DNA of 64,000 bases from contig CP166615.1 of assembly GCA_041937175.2 (NCBI GenBank), positions 3,904,001-3,968,000 of the forward strand, read 5' to 3'. Position numbers and translations under genes: made by a program. Shown piece by piece: positions 17,441-26,428 of the stretch. The notes beneath the pieces are model-generated. The model was not told the DNA's origin and searched no databases. It worked only from the letters and a program-made list of their open reading frames with translations. The stretch is from Limnothrix sp. BL-A-16 (lineage in GTDB: Bacteria; Cyanobacteriota; Cyanobacteriia; CACIAM-69d). Position 1 is the stretch's first letter, and each line of letters opens with the position of its first letter.

Positions 17441-19426
17441 ATGACTCAGCAACCGACCTACGGCCCACACAATCCCCATCCCCTGTCGCAATTGCGGACG
17501 GAGTTGGTGTGGGAAGGGAAGTATGACGAGTATGGCAACCGGCGGGAGGTGGACATTGCGGGCTGCGCGATGCCGATGCAAAAAATTGAGAGCATTGATG
17601 AGCCACGGCGAGAAGCAGAAGCCAAGAAGCAATTGACACTTTTTGAACAACAAAATCAGCGGCAAGATGATTTTCGAAATCGGCTGATTTGGGGCGATAA
17701 CAAGCTAGTAATGGCTTCGTTGTTGAAGGAATTTAAGGGCAAGGTAGATTTGATTTATATTGATCCGCCGTTTGATGTGGGCGCGGATTTTACGATGAAA
17801 ATGCCTATTGGGGAAGATGAAGATGCATTCACCAAAGAACAATCCGCTTTAGAAATGGTTGCTTATCGCGACACTTGGGGAAAAGGAACAGATTCATATC
17901 TTCATATGATGTATGAACGCCTAGTTCTCATGAAGGAACTCCTGAGTGATTCGGGTAGTATTTATGTTCATTGTGATTGGCGAGTTAATAGCTTTTTAAG
18001 AAGTATTTTGGATGAAATTTTTGGATTTGATAGCTTTAGAAATCAAATTGTATGGCATTATCCGGGACGAGAAATGCATATATCAAGTAAGTTTAATGCA
18101 AAACATGACACTATTCTTTTCTACGCGAAAGGTGAAAATACGAAGGTAAGAATGGAACAAATTGCTATTCCTTATGACAAGGAAGAAAGGCTTAAAACGC
18201 TCAGAAGAAAGGTATATAAAGATGAAGATGGTAGGGACTGGGTATGGGAAACTAGAGGACAGGCTACAGGGCAAGAACCATACAAACGTTATGTAGAGGA
18301 GATAATATCTCAGGGAAAGCCGATCAGTGATGTCTGGTCAGACTTGCAGTTCTTAAGAGGTAATCATCCTGAGCGAACTGACTATGCCACTCAAAAGCCA
18401 AATGCTCTAATTGATCGCATCATCAAAGCCTCATCAAATGAAGGTGATCTTGTTGCAGATTTCTTTTGTGGATCGGGAACTACCGGAGCCGTTGCCGAGC
18501 GATTGGGTCGTCGTTGGTTAATGGCAGACCTGGGGCGATTTGCCATCCACACCACCCGCAAACGGATGATTGAACTCCAGCGGAAACTGCACAGCGACGG
18601 GCAACCCTACCGCGCCTTTGATGTCTATAACCTCGGGCGCTACGAGCGACAATGGTGGCAAAAAGATCGCCTGCAGGGAGCCGACGAAGAACATCGCCGC
18701 GTCGTGCTGGAATTTTTCAAAGCCGAGCCTTTGACTAACACCCCTTCACCCCTGCTCCATGGACGCAAAGCCGGAGCCTTTTGCCATGTGGACGGGATCG
18801 ACTCCATGTTCACCCGCGACGAAGCCAAACAGGTCGCTCAAGCCGTGAAAGCAGCGGGCGGGCGCGAGTGTTTTTGCCTCGCCTGGGAATTTGAAATGGA
18901 CTTGCACTTGCTGACCAATGCCCTAGCCCAAGAACTAGGTGTGAAGCTCAAAATGGTGCAAATCCCCCGCGAAATCATGGAGAAAAATCGCACCGCACCG
19001 CCCCCATTCTTAGAAGTTGCCGTCCTGGCCGCCGAACCCGTCTACCAAACTGCGACAACTGAAGCCGGAACCACAAATAAAAAGGCTCGTAGTGCTGACT
19101 TCAGTCAGCGCACCGTTGATATCAAACTCACCCAATTTTTGCCCTCCCTCGCCGAAGTTCCTACTAAAGAATTAGATGCAATTCGAGAGCGAGCGATCAA
19201 AAGTGGTTTTGACTTTATTGATTTTTGGGCCGTGGATTTTAATTGGCAACCCGGCAAGGCCTTTAACCACGATTGGCAAGACTACCGCACTCGCAAAGAT
19301 CGCAGCCTAAAAACCGTCAGCGATGCTAGCTATATCTATCCTGCACCTGGCAAATATGTTGCCTGCGTCAAAGTAGTAGATACCTTCGGCTGCGACACCT
19401 CAATCACGATCGATATCGAAGTGTAA
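17441..19426 (+). CDS. mod: type III-like R-M DNA methyltransferase (Mod, beta class)
   Basis: Motif IV IYIDPPF precedes motif I DFFCGSGTT; also TQKP, IWGDN and a long C-terminal extension. TATAAT at 17382. Confidence 0.9.
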   Translation: MTQQPTYGPHNPHPLSQLRTELVWEGKYDEYGNRREVDIAGCAMPMQKIESIDEPRREAEAKKQLTLFEQQNQRQDDFRNRLIWGDNKLVMASLLKEFKGKVDLIYIDPPFDVGADFTMKMPIGEDEDAFTKEQSALEMVAYRDTWGKGTDSYLHMMYERLVLMKELLSDSGSIYVHCDWRVNSFLRSILDEIFGFDSFRNQIVWHYPGREMHISSKFNAKHDTILFYAKGENTKVRMEQIAIPYDKEERLKTLRRKVYKDEDGRDWVWETRGQATGQEPYKRYVEEIISQGKPISDVWSDLQFLRGNHPERTDYATQKPNALIDRIIKASSNEGDLVADFFCGSGTTGAVAERLGRRWLMADLGRFAIHTTRKRMIELQRKLHSDGQPYRAFDVYNLGRYERQWWQKDRLQGADEEHRRVVLEFFKAEPLTNTPSPLLHGRKAGAFCHVDGIDSMFTRDEAKQVAQAVKAAGGRECFCLAWEFEMDLHLLTNALAQELGVKLKMVQIPREIMEKNRTAPPPFLEVAVLAAEPVYQTATTEAGTTNKKARSADFSQRTVDIKLTQFLPSLAEVPTKELDAIRERAIKSGFDFIDFWAVDFNWQPGKAFNHDWQDYRTRKDRSLKTVSDASYIYPAPGKYVACVKVVDTFGCDTSITIDIEV

Positions 19427-19428
19427 CG

Positions 19429-19845
19429 ATGCCAGCTAAGGACATCTATCACGACTGGGTAAAAGCATCGCTCATCCAAGCAGGGTGGACTGTTTCCCAT
19501 GATCCCCTCTCAATCCGAGTTGGCAAAATTGGCATTCATGTTGATTTGGGGCTAGAAAATCTAATTGGGGCTGAAAAAGCACAGCGAAAAATAGCGATCG
19601 AAATCAAAGGATTTATGAATGTTTCTAAAATCACAGATTTCTACGCTGCTTTTGGACAATACCTCTGCTATAAGGTTGCCCTAGCTCGTGAAGATCCCGA
19701 TCGCACCCTCTATCTAGCTGTACCCGCACCGATTTATCACACATTTTTTAAAGAGATTTTGATTCAAGATGTGTTGAATGAATATCCTATAAAAATGCTC
19801 ATCTACAACTTGTCTAGCCAGGAGATTCAGTCATGGATCGACTAA
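19429..19845 (+). CDS. xisH: XisH family protein
   Basis: MPAKDIYHDWVK...GWTVSHDP...DLG.E...IAIEIKGF...GQYLCY...RTLYLAVP. Confidence 0.93.
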   Translation: MPAKDIYHDWVKASLIQAGWTVSHDPLSIRVGKIGIHVDLGLENLIGAEKAQRKIAIEIKGFMNVSKITDFYAAFGQYLCYKVALAREDPDRTLYLAVPAPIYHTFFKEILIQDVLNEYPIKMLIYNLSSQEIQSWID

Positions 19846-20165
19846 ATCACTATCGTCATTGCATTCGCGCCTTTCTCGATCGCTACTCGCAATTTTGGCA
19901 AGAAAATGGCGTTGAGAATCAAATCATCATTGATTCTGAACATGATCACTACTTGCTGTTGAAGGCTGGATGGGTTGGCGATCGCAGAATTTACTACCCC
20001 GTTTTTCACTTTGATATTAAAGATGAAAAAATTTGGGTTCAAGAAAATACAACTGACGTAGAACTTGACAAAGACCTTGAAGCAATGGGCATCTCTAAAC
20101 AAGAAATTGTTGTGGGTTTTCACCACCCTCTAATGCGTGAGCATTCTGAGTTTGCCACGGCTTAA
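19833..20165 (+). CDS. xisI: XisI family protein
   Basis: MDRLNHYR...D.EHDHYLLL..GW...HFDIKDEKIWVQ.N.T...GISKQEIVVGFH; overlaps the xisH stop. Confidence 0.93.
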   Translation: MDRLNHYRHCIRAFLDRYSQFWQENGVENQIIIDSEHDHYLLLKAGWVGDRRIYYPVFHFDIKDEKIWVQENTTDVELDKDLEAMGISKQEIVVGFHHPLMREHSEFATA

Positions 20166-20205
20166 TCTCCTCGCCTAGTTGCCTTTTAGCCGCTTCACTA
20201 CACCC

Positions 20206-23200
20206 ATGGCCACTCTAAACCTTGCGTTGCTCGAACCGTTGTTTGCTCCTTGGCAAGAACCGAATGCTCACCGTGTTCGGGTTAATAAACTAGGAGATTC
20301 GGCCGCCGTGCAACAGGGCCGCCGACCTTCTCCGATCGAGGTGGTGAACAGCCTGCGATCGGCGGTGCGGGAATGGCGAGAAGCGTTTTACATCGGAGCC
20401 AGCGACACCAGCCGCTATTTGCTGAACCATTGGTTTAACCGCGCCCACCGACAAACCACGGCAGCCGGAGAGGACTTCGAGTTTCGCTACTACTTTTGCC
20501 AGCGCGAGGCGATCGAAACTCTGATTTACCTCAAAGAGGTGCGGCAGATCGAATGTCTGTCCCAAATCATTGCCGAGTTTGGTGGCTCGAATGCTGAACT
20601 CCAAGCCCTAGGGATTAAGGAGGAGGAAGATGCCTGGAGTCGCTATGCCTTTAAGCTGGCAACTGGTGCAGGCAAAACTAAAGTGATGAGCCTCTGCATG
20701 GTTTGGAGCTATTTCCATGCCCTGCGGGAGTCCGATTCGGAAATGGCGCGGCATTTTGTGGTAATTGCGCCGAACTTAACGGTCTATGAACGGCTCAAGG
20801 AAGACTTTGGCAATGGGCGGGTATTTGATGCTGATCCATTGATTCCGCCCGAATGGAGAGGAGATTGGAACTTGTCCGTGGTGCTGCAAGATGAGGCCAG
20901 CGGCGCAGCCACGGGGGGCACACTTTATCTAACAAACATCCATCGTCTTTACGATTCAGCCAAACGCACCAAAAAAGCGGCCGCCGATACCTATGACTGG
21001 ATGGGGCCTGCGGTGTCTAAAACGAAGGCGCTGGACAATGGAGCGGCCCTGCGCGATCGAATCATCACCCATCGGCGAGTGATGGTGCTGAATGATGAGG
21101 CGCACCATGTGTGGGACTCGGGTTCGGCATGGAATGAAGCAATTCGTTGGCTGCACGAAACCCTTGTGGCCCGCAGCGGTTGCTCCTTGGTGGCGCAATT
21201 GGATTTTTCAGCAACTCCCAAGGACAACAAGGGTCAACTGTTTAAGCACATTATCTGTGATACGCCCTTGGGAGAAGCGGTGGACGCAGGTATCGTCAAA
21301 ACACCGCTAATCGGGGCTGCCAGCCAAAACTTACAAGAGCAACCTGATGATAATGCGGCCTATCGCTGGGAACGGCATTTATTGTTGGGCTATGAACGCT
21401 GGAAAGCTAGCAGAGCAGAATGGGAGCCTAGCGGGAAAAAACCACTGCTGTTTGTCATGTGTGAAGACACGGAAGCGGCTGATCAAATTACGCAACGCTT
21501 CAACACTGATCCTCTATTTGAGCAACTAAATGGCAAAACGATTAACCTACACACCAACCTAAAGGGCAAGCTCAAGAAAGTGGGGCGAGGCAAAGAAGCT
21601 CGCCATGAGTTTGTCGAAGATGAAAAGGCAATTAGCGATGAAGACCTGAAGGCATTACGCCAACTAAGTCGTGAGCTAGATAGCAACACCAGCCCCTATT
21701 TCTGCATTGTGTCGGTGTTGATGTTGCGAGAAGGGTGGGACGTGCGGAATGTGACAACGATCGTGCCGCTGCGATCCTACAGTTCAAAAGCCAATATTCT
21801 GCCGGAGCAAACCCTAGGGCGTGGTTTACGCCGTATGACTCCGCCGGGCCAGGCGAATGAGTTAGTGACAGTGGTTGAACATCCCGCCTTTGCTAGCCTT
21901 TACCAGCAGGAATTGGCTCAAGAAGGGCTGCCATTAGAAATTGTGGAACTTGATCGGGTTCCTAAAACAACAATCTCAATTTTTCCTGATCCATCTCATA
22001 AGGATCTTGAAGCCCTAGAGATTCCAATTCCATCGCTGTTAGCGGGCTTTCGGATTGTGCCAAAGCTCGAGGGACTAACTATTCAGGACGTGAAAAAAGC
22101 CTTCAAGCCCTATCAGCCTCTACCCTTAAATCAATCATCAAGTCTAAGCATAATTCAATATGAAGGACGACATCTTTTTACAGGTGAAATCGTAGAAAAA
22201 ACGGAACTCAATCTTCCACTGCTTGCCTCAGGAGTTGGAGCAGTCTCCTATTATGTCAAGCAATTAGAAACTATCTGTAAGTTACGAGGATTGCATCAGC
22301 TTATAGCTCCTCTAATTCAGACTTTTTTAGAAGAAATTCTTTTTGCTCAAAAAGCAACATTGTTTGACCCTCAACTGGTGAGCCGCTTGGCTGATTCTGA
22401 TGTGGGTGAACACTTGCGGGCGGTGTTTGTACCTCTGATCCGCAGTCGCACCACGACGATGGAGGAGCGGCTGATGGTTGAGCCACCAAAGTTGTTAAAG
22501 CACTGGAAACCGTTTCAGGTGACCTTGAGCGATCGCCGTCCAGCTTTGCCAGCAGCGAAAACGCTGTTTAATCTGGTGACTTGCAATCGTGAACTCGAAG
22601 TGGCGGTGGCAAAGTTTTGCGATCGCGCTCCTGATGTGGTGGCCTTTGCTAAAAATGCGGGTTCTCAGGCCTTGCGAATCGATTATTTGGCCCAAGGCGA
22701 TCGGCTGGCGTTCTACACACCAGATTTCTTTGTGCGGACAAAGGATGGCGGTTGCTATTTGGTGGAAACCAAGGGGCGCGAGGATCGGGATGTGCCGTTG
22801 AAGGCTAGGGCTGCGATCGCTTGGTGTCAGGCGGCTTCTGGGGTGAATGATGGGGTGATGACTGAGGTTTTCACTACGAGCAGAAAGTGGCAGTACCTTT
22901 ACATTCCGCAAGGGGTGTTTGAGCGAATGGCAGGTGACTCTGTGGCAGAACTAGCGCGGGCTTGTGAACCTGCCTTGCAAAATCTGCTGCAATCTGAAGA
23001 GTTTCAGGACTTACCGCTGTTTGCCAACTTAGGTCAGTCTGATGAGGAAATATCCCGAACGGATGACATTGTTGATCCAAGTATTTTGAACCAGTTACCG
23101 AACCGTTATCGCTGGGCAGCCGATCAAGCGATCATGCTCTATCAATTTTTTGAAAACAAAATAGGAATGAGCTATGCACCAGTCTTTACACCTTTATTGG

Positions 23201-23664
23201 GGTCAATTGACGAAGTAGCTAAAGGATTATTGACTCGACGGCTTCAGTCGGTAATTCCTGCAAATGTCAATGATCAAAAAGCTTGGTTTTCACCTGATTT
23301 GACCGTCATAGATCGAAAGGCTGAAGGATATTATCGTAAGCTTGCCCAAAACCTCAAACGCACTTTAGTGTTTAATAATGGAGTTTCATTAATTGGGCTA
23401 CTTCGGTCATGCTTAGACTATGCTCTCAATGATCCAGTTTTAATTGGAGGGGTGTTTGAATCTCTCAGGTCTACATTACGATTCCAGGGCAATCGAGCGT
23501 TGCTAGAAACCATCACTCGGATCAACCAATTTCGAAACACCTACATCGCTCACCAAGAGTCAGAATTAACTGACCGAGACTTAGCGAAACAAGAACTACA
23601 AGTTTGGATTGAGGCACTGCACAGAATTGCAACTGATAGAAGTGATTCGTTGCTTAAGGATTGA
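20206..23664 (+). CDS. res: type III-like restriction subunit (SF2 helicase, PD-(D/E)xK nuclease, extra C-terminal HEPN-like domain)
   Basis: QREAIE, LATGAGKT, NDEAHH, FSATP, MLREGWDV, EQTLGRGLR; nuclease YTPDF...LVETKG; C-terminal FRNTYIAH. Confidence 0.88.
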   Translation: MATLNLALLEPLFAPWQEPNAHRVRVNKLGDSAAVQQGRRPSPIEVVNSLRSAVREWREAFYIGASDTSRYLLNHWFNRAHRQTTAAGEDFEFRYYFCQREAIETLIYLKEVRQIECLSQIIAEFGGSNAELQALGIKEEEDAWSRYAFKLATGAGKTKVMSLCMVWSYFHALRESDSEMARHFVVIAPNLTVYERLKEDFGNGRVFDADPLIPPEWRGDWNLSVVLQDEASGAATGGTLYLTNIHRLYDSAKRTKKAAADTYDWMGPAVSKTKALDNGAALRDRIITHRRVMVLNDEAHHVWDSGSAWNEAIRWLHETLVARSGCSLVAQLDFSATPKDNKGQLFKHIICDTPLGEAVDAGIVKTPLIGAASQNLQEQPDDNAAYRWERHLLLGYERWKASRAEWEPSGKKPLLFVMCEDTEAADQITQRFNTDPLFEQLNGKTINLHTNLKGKLKKVGRGKEARHEFVEDEKAISDEDLKALRQLSRELDSNTSPYFCIVSVLMLREGWDVRNVTTIVPLRSYSSKANILPEQTLGRGLRRMTPPGQANELVTVVEHPAFASLYQQELAQEGLPLEIVELDRVPKTTISIFPDPSHKDLEALEIPIPSLLAGFRIVPKLEGLTIQDVKKAFKPYQPLPLNQSSSLSIIQYEGRHLFTGEIVEKTELNLPLLASGVGAVSYYVKQLETICKLRGLHQLIAPLIQTFLEEILFAQKATLFDPQLVSRLADSDVGEHLRAVFVPLIRSRTTTMEERLMVEPPKLLKHWKPFQVTLSDRRPALPAAKTLFNLVTCNRELEVAVAKFCDRAPDVVAFAKNAGSQALRIDYLAQGDRLAFYTPDFFVRTKDGGCYLVETKGREDRDVPLKARAAIAWCQAASGVNDGVMTEVFTTSRKWQYLYIPQGVFERMAGDSVAELARACEPALQNLLQSEEFQDLPLFANLGQSDEEISRTDDIVDPSILNQLPNRYRWAADQAIMLYQFFENKIGMSYAPVFTPLLGSIDEVAKGLLTRRLQSVIPANVNDQKAWFSPDLTVIDRKAEGYYRKLAQNLKRTLVFNNGVSLIGLLRSCLDYALNDPVLIGGVFESLRSTLRFQGNRALLETITRINQFRNTYIAHQESELTDRDLAKQELQVWIEALHRIATDRSDSLLKD

Positions 23665-23672
23665 GAAATTTA

Positions 23673-24260
23673 ATGATCATAGAGACTAAGTGGCTCGATC
23701 GCCTGGCCCTTTGGCTGCCGGGGACTTTTGAAAATCGGGAACAGGCCCTAGCGGATCCCACTTGGTATGTGGGTGTGCGACTGTGGCATCGATCGATCGG
23801 GGTCTTTGGGCCCGGCCACTTGGGGATTTATGCGGAACAGGCCAGCGCCCCCACCTTCGCCAAAATCTATCGCCCCAGGGTGTTTCAGATTTCCCCCACC
23901 TCCGATCCTGATTTCCCGCTGGCGGTGGCCTACTTTGCCCTGCGACAGCCGGAGCGGTGGCGAGGTGCGGGTTTAGATCCCGCTATTTTGGAAACCCTGA
24001 CCTTAGCGGACTTGGAGCCGCTGCCCGGTTGTCTGTTGCCGATGGCGGTGTTGGCAGAGGGGGCCGGTTTTCGGGCCCAGCTTCCGCCCGATCGCCGTTG
24101 TTGTTTCCAGGCCGATGGGCAATTGCGCCAGGTGAGTTTGGGGTTTGAGGTGCGATCGGGCGAATTTCTCAGCTACGACAAGGGCATTGATCCCGACACG
24201 GGCAAACCAATTTGGGGGGCAATCATGGGCCCATTTCGCTATCGGCGCGTTGGCGATTAA
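23673..24260 (+). CDS. CpcT/CpeT family bilin lyase paralog
   Basis: GTFENREQA, YAEQA, YRPRV and SYDKGIDPDTGKPIWGA..GPFRY. Confidence 0.85.
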   Translation: MIIETKWLDRLALWLPGTFENREQALADPTWYVGVRLWHRSIGVFGPGHLGIYAEQASAPTFAKIYRPRVFQISPTSDPDFPLAVAYFALRQPERWRGAGLDPAILETLTLADLEPLPGCLLPMAVLAEGAGFRAQLPPDRRCCFQADGQLRQVSLGFEVRSGEFLSYDKGIDPDTGKPIWGAIMGPFRYRRVGD

Positions 24261-24402
24261 GATGCGATCGCGGGGAGCCACCGTACGGCCATCCGCTGTG
24301 GGCAGTGGCAAGCCTTCCCCTCGCCCATGTTGGATCGATTTTGTTCGCTCCTATAACCATTCATTCCTTTCAATCCCTACGAAATCCCCGATTAACCACA
24401 CC

Positions 24403-25017
24403 ATGACCCAAGTGTCTGAAGCGATCGCCCCCGCTGCTGATTTGGTGACCCTTGGCCGTTGGATGGCCGCCGACTTCAGCAACCAAGCCCAAGCCTTTGA
24501 AAATCCGCCCTTTTTTGCCCATATTCGGGTCTGTATGCGGCCCCTGCCGATCGCCCTGCTAGGCGGCATCAGTTTCTATGTGGAACAGGCCTATGATTAC
24601 GCCCTCAACCAGCCCTATCGTGTGCGGGTGTTGAAGTTGATTGAGGTGGATGGGCAGATCCAAATTGAAAACTATGCCGTTGCCGATGAGCAGGAATTTT
24701 TTGGTGCTTCTCGACAGCCCGATCGCCTGCAAGCGCTGACGGCTGATCGCCTGGAGCGGCTTTGTCATTGCAATTTTTTGGTGAGCCGGACGGGGCAAAC
24801 ATTCACGGGCCAGGTGGAACCCGGCAAGGCCTGCATGGTCACGCGCAAGGGCAAGGAAACCTACTTGGATAGTCAGTTTGAAATCACAGCCGATCGATTT
24901 GTGAGCTGGGATCGGGGCCGCGACCCGGAAACCGATGAACATGTGTGGGGTGCGGTGGCCGGGCCCTTTGACTTTGTGAAGGTGGCCAGCTTTGCCGATG
25001 AGGTCGTGGCTCCCTAG
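24403..25017 (+). CDS. cpcT: phycocyanobilin lyase CpcT
   Basis: LGRWMAADFSNQAQAFENPPFFAHIRVCMRPLP and DRGRDPETDEHVWG. Confidence 0.92.
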   Translation: MTQVSEAIAPAADLVTLGRWMAADFSNQAQAFENPPFFAHIRVCMRPLPIALLGGISFYVEQAYDYALNQPYRVRVLKLIEVDGQIQIENYAVADEQEFFGASRQPDRLQALTADRLERLCHCNFLVSRTGQTFTGQVEPGKACMVTRKGKETYLDSQFEITADRFVSWDRGRDPETDEHVWGAVAGPFDFVKVASFADEVVAP

Positions 25018-25207
25018 GGCGATGTGGCGGCGGGCGGGGAAGGGCGATCGATCGCCACGGTCGGCTTTCCCTGCGCCAAAATGATTGCCATCAGTTCCGC
25101 AGTGCTGGGTGGCCTCTCGGGCCTGAGCGGGCTGTCTTGACCGTTTTCAGTGCGCGGCTCCCCCGTTTTTGGGGTGACCGCTCGACTTCGATCAATCTCG
25201 ATAATTA

Positions 25208-26308
25208 ATGTCCATCCGATCACTCCTGCGCTGGTTTTTATTGGGGTTGCTGTTGCCGCTGGCGTTTTTGAACGGCTGGATGTTGCTTCAGGTCTTCAAT
25301 TACTTTCAGTCCCTGCTGTCTGCCTTTGTGGTGGCCACGCTGGTGTCTTTTCTGTTGGACTATCCCGTGCGGTGGCTGGAAGCGCAGGGGAAACGCTGGC
25401 GCGTGCGGCGGGAATTTGCGGTGTTGGCGATCGTCCTGTTGACCTTGGGGATTGTGGGTCTGTTGGGGCTAACGCTGGCTCCGGTGCTCTATGACCAATT
25501 TGCCGCTTTTGCCAATGGGTTGCCCGGTTGGGTGGCATCGAGTCGGCAACAGCTTGAAAACCTGTCCAGTTGGGCCATTGCCAAGCGGCTCCCGATCGAC
25601 CTTCAGCAGTTGGGAACCCAGGCGATCGCCCAATTCTCAGCCCAAATTCAAAACCTAACCACCCAATTGGTGAGCCTGTTGGTGCAAATGGCTGGACGGG
25701 CCTTTGATGCGCTGATTGCGATGGTGTTGGCGGTTTATTTGCTATTGCGGGGCGAGCCATTTTGGGATGGCTTTTTTAGTTGGTTGCCGCCCGATCGACG
25801 GGAGCAGGTTCGCCAATGTTTTCGCCAAAATTTCCAAAACTACTATGCCGGCCAAGCGGCGCTGGCCACCACGATCGGGGTGGCCATGGTGTTGCTTTTT
25901 CTGGTGCTGCAAGTGCCGTTTGGGTTGCTGTTTGGCCTGGGTATTGGGGTCATGACGCTGGTGCCCTTCGGAGCCGGAATCAGCATTGTGGTGGTGAGCT
26001 TGCTGTTGGCGGTCAAGAGTTTTTGGTTGGGGCTACAGGTGCTGTTGCTGGCCTTTTTGGTGGATCAAATTATTGAAAATACGGTTGCTCCGCGCCTGTT
26101 GGGGCAATTTACGGGGCTGAACCCAGTTTGGGTGTTGTTGTCGCTGTTGGCGGGGGCCAAGGTAGGTGGCTTGTTGGGGGTGGTGTTGGCGGTTCCGTTG
26201 GCGGGAACGATCAAAAGCGCGATCGAACTGTGGCGATCGCCCAAGCATGGCTGGACTTTGGCAACCGATTCCGCCTTGCCAACCACTACCACTCGACCCG
26301 ATCGCTGA
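25208..26308 (+). CDS. AI-2E (PerM/UPF0118) family transporter
   Basis: FLLDYPV and PRLLGQFTGLNPVWVLLSLLAGAKVGGLLGVVLAVPLA. Confidence 0.92.
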   Translation: MSIRSLLRWFLLGLLLPLAFLNGWMLLQVFNYFQSLLSAFVVATLVSFLLDYPVRWLEAQGKRWRVRREFAVLAIVLLTLGIVGLLGLTLAPVLYDQFAAFANGLPGWVASSRQQLENLSSWAIAKRLPIDLQQLGTQAIAQFSAQIQNLTTQLVSLLVQMAGRAFDALIAMVLAVYLLLRGEPFWDGFFSWLPPDRREQVRQCFRQNFQNYYAGQAALATTIGVAMVLLFLVLQVPFGLLFGLGIGVMTLVPFGAGISIVVVSLLLAVKSFWLGLQVLLLAFLVDQIIENTVAPRLLGQFTGLNPVWVLLSLLAGAKVGGLLGVVLAVPLAGTIKSAIELWRSPKHGWTLATDSALPTTTTRPDR

Positions 26309-26395
26309 GGGTCGGGCCGCAGGATTGTGGAAAGCTAAAGCGCTGAGTATCTACAGGTTCCTAGGCTGCTTCAATCTAGGGCCTAGCCTGTTCCT

Positions 26396-26428
26396 CAATT
26401 CTCAACTCTCAACTCTCAATCCTCAAAT
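26396..26428. repeat. short heptamer tandem repeat (CTCAACT-like, STRR type)
   Basis: ctcaatt ctcaact ctcaact ctcaatc ctcaa at a convergent gene junction. Confidence 0.6.

Noticed and set aside
19429..20165. xisH/xisI as evidence of an fdxN-type excision element
   Set aside because: No XisF-like recombinase, interrupted target gene or flanking direct repeats were seen.
20174..20202. Another REP relic between xisI and res (ends in CACTAC)
   Set aside because: No convincing hairpin remains.
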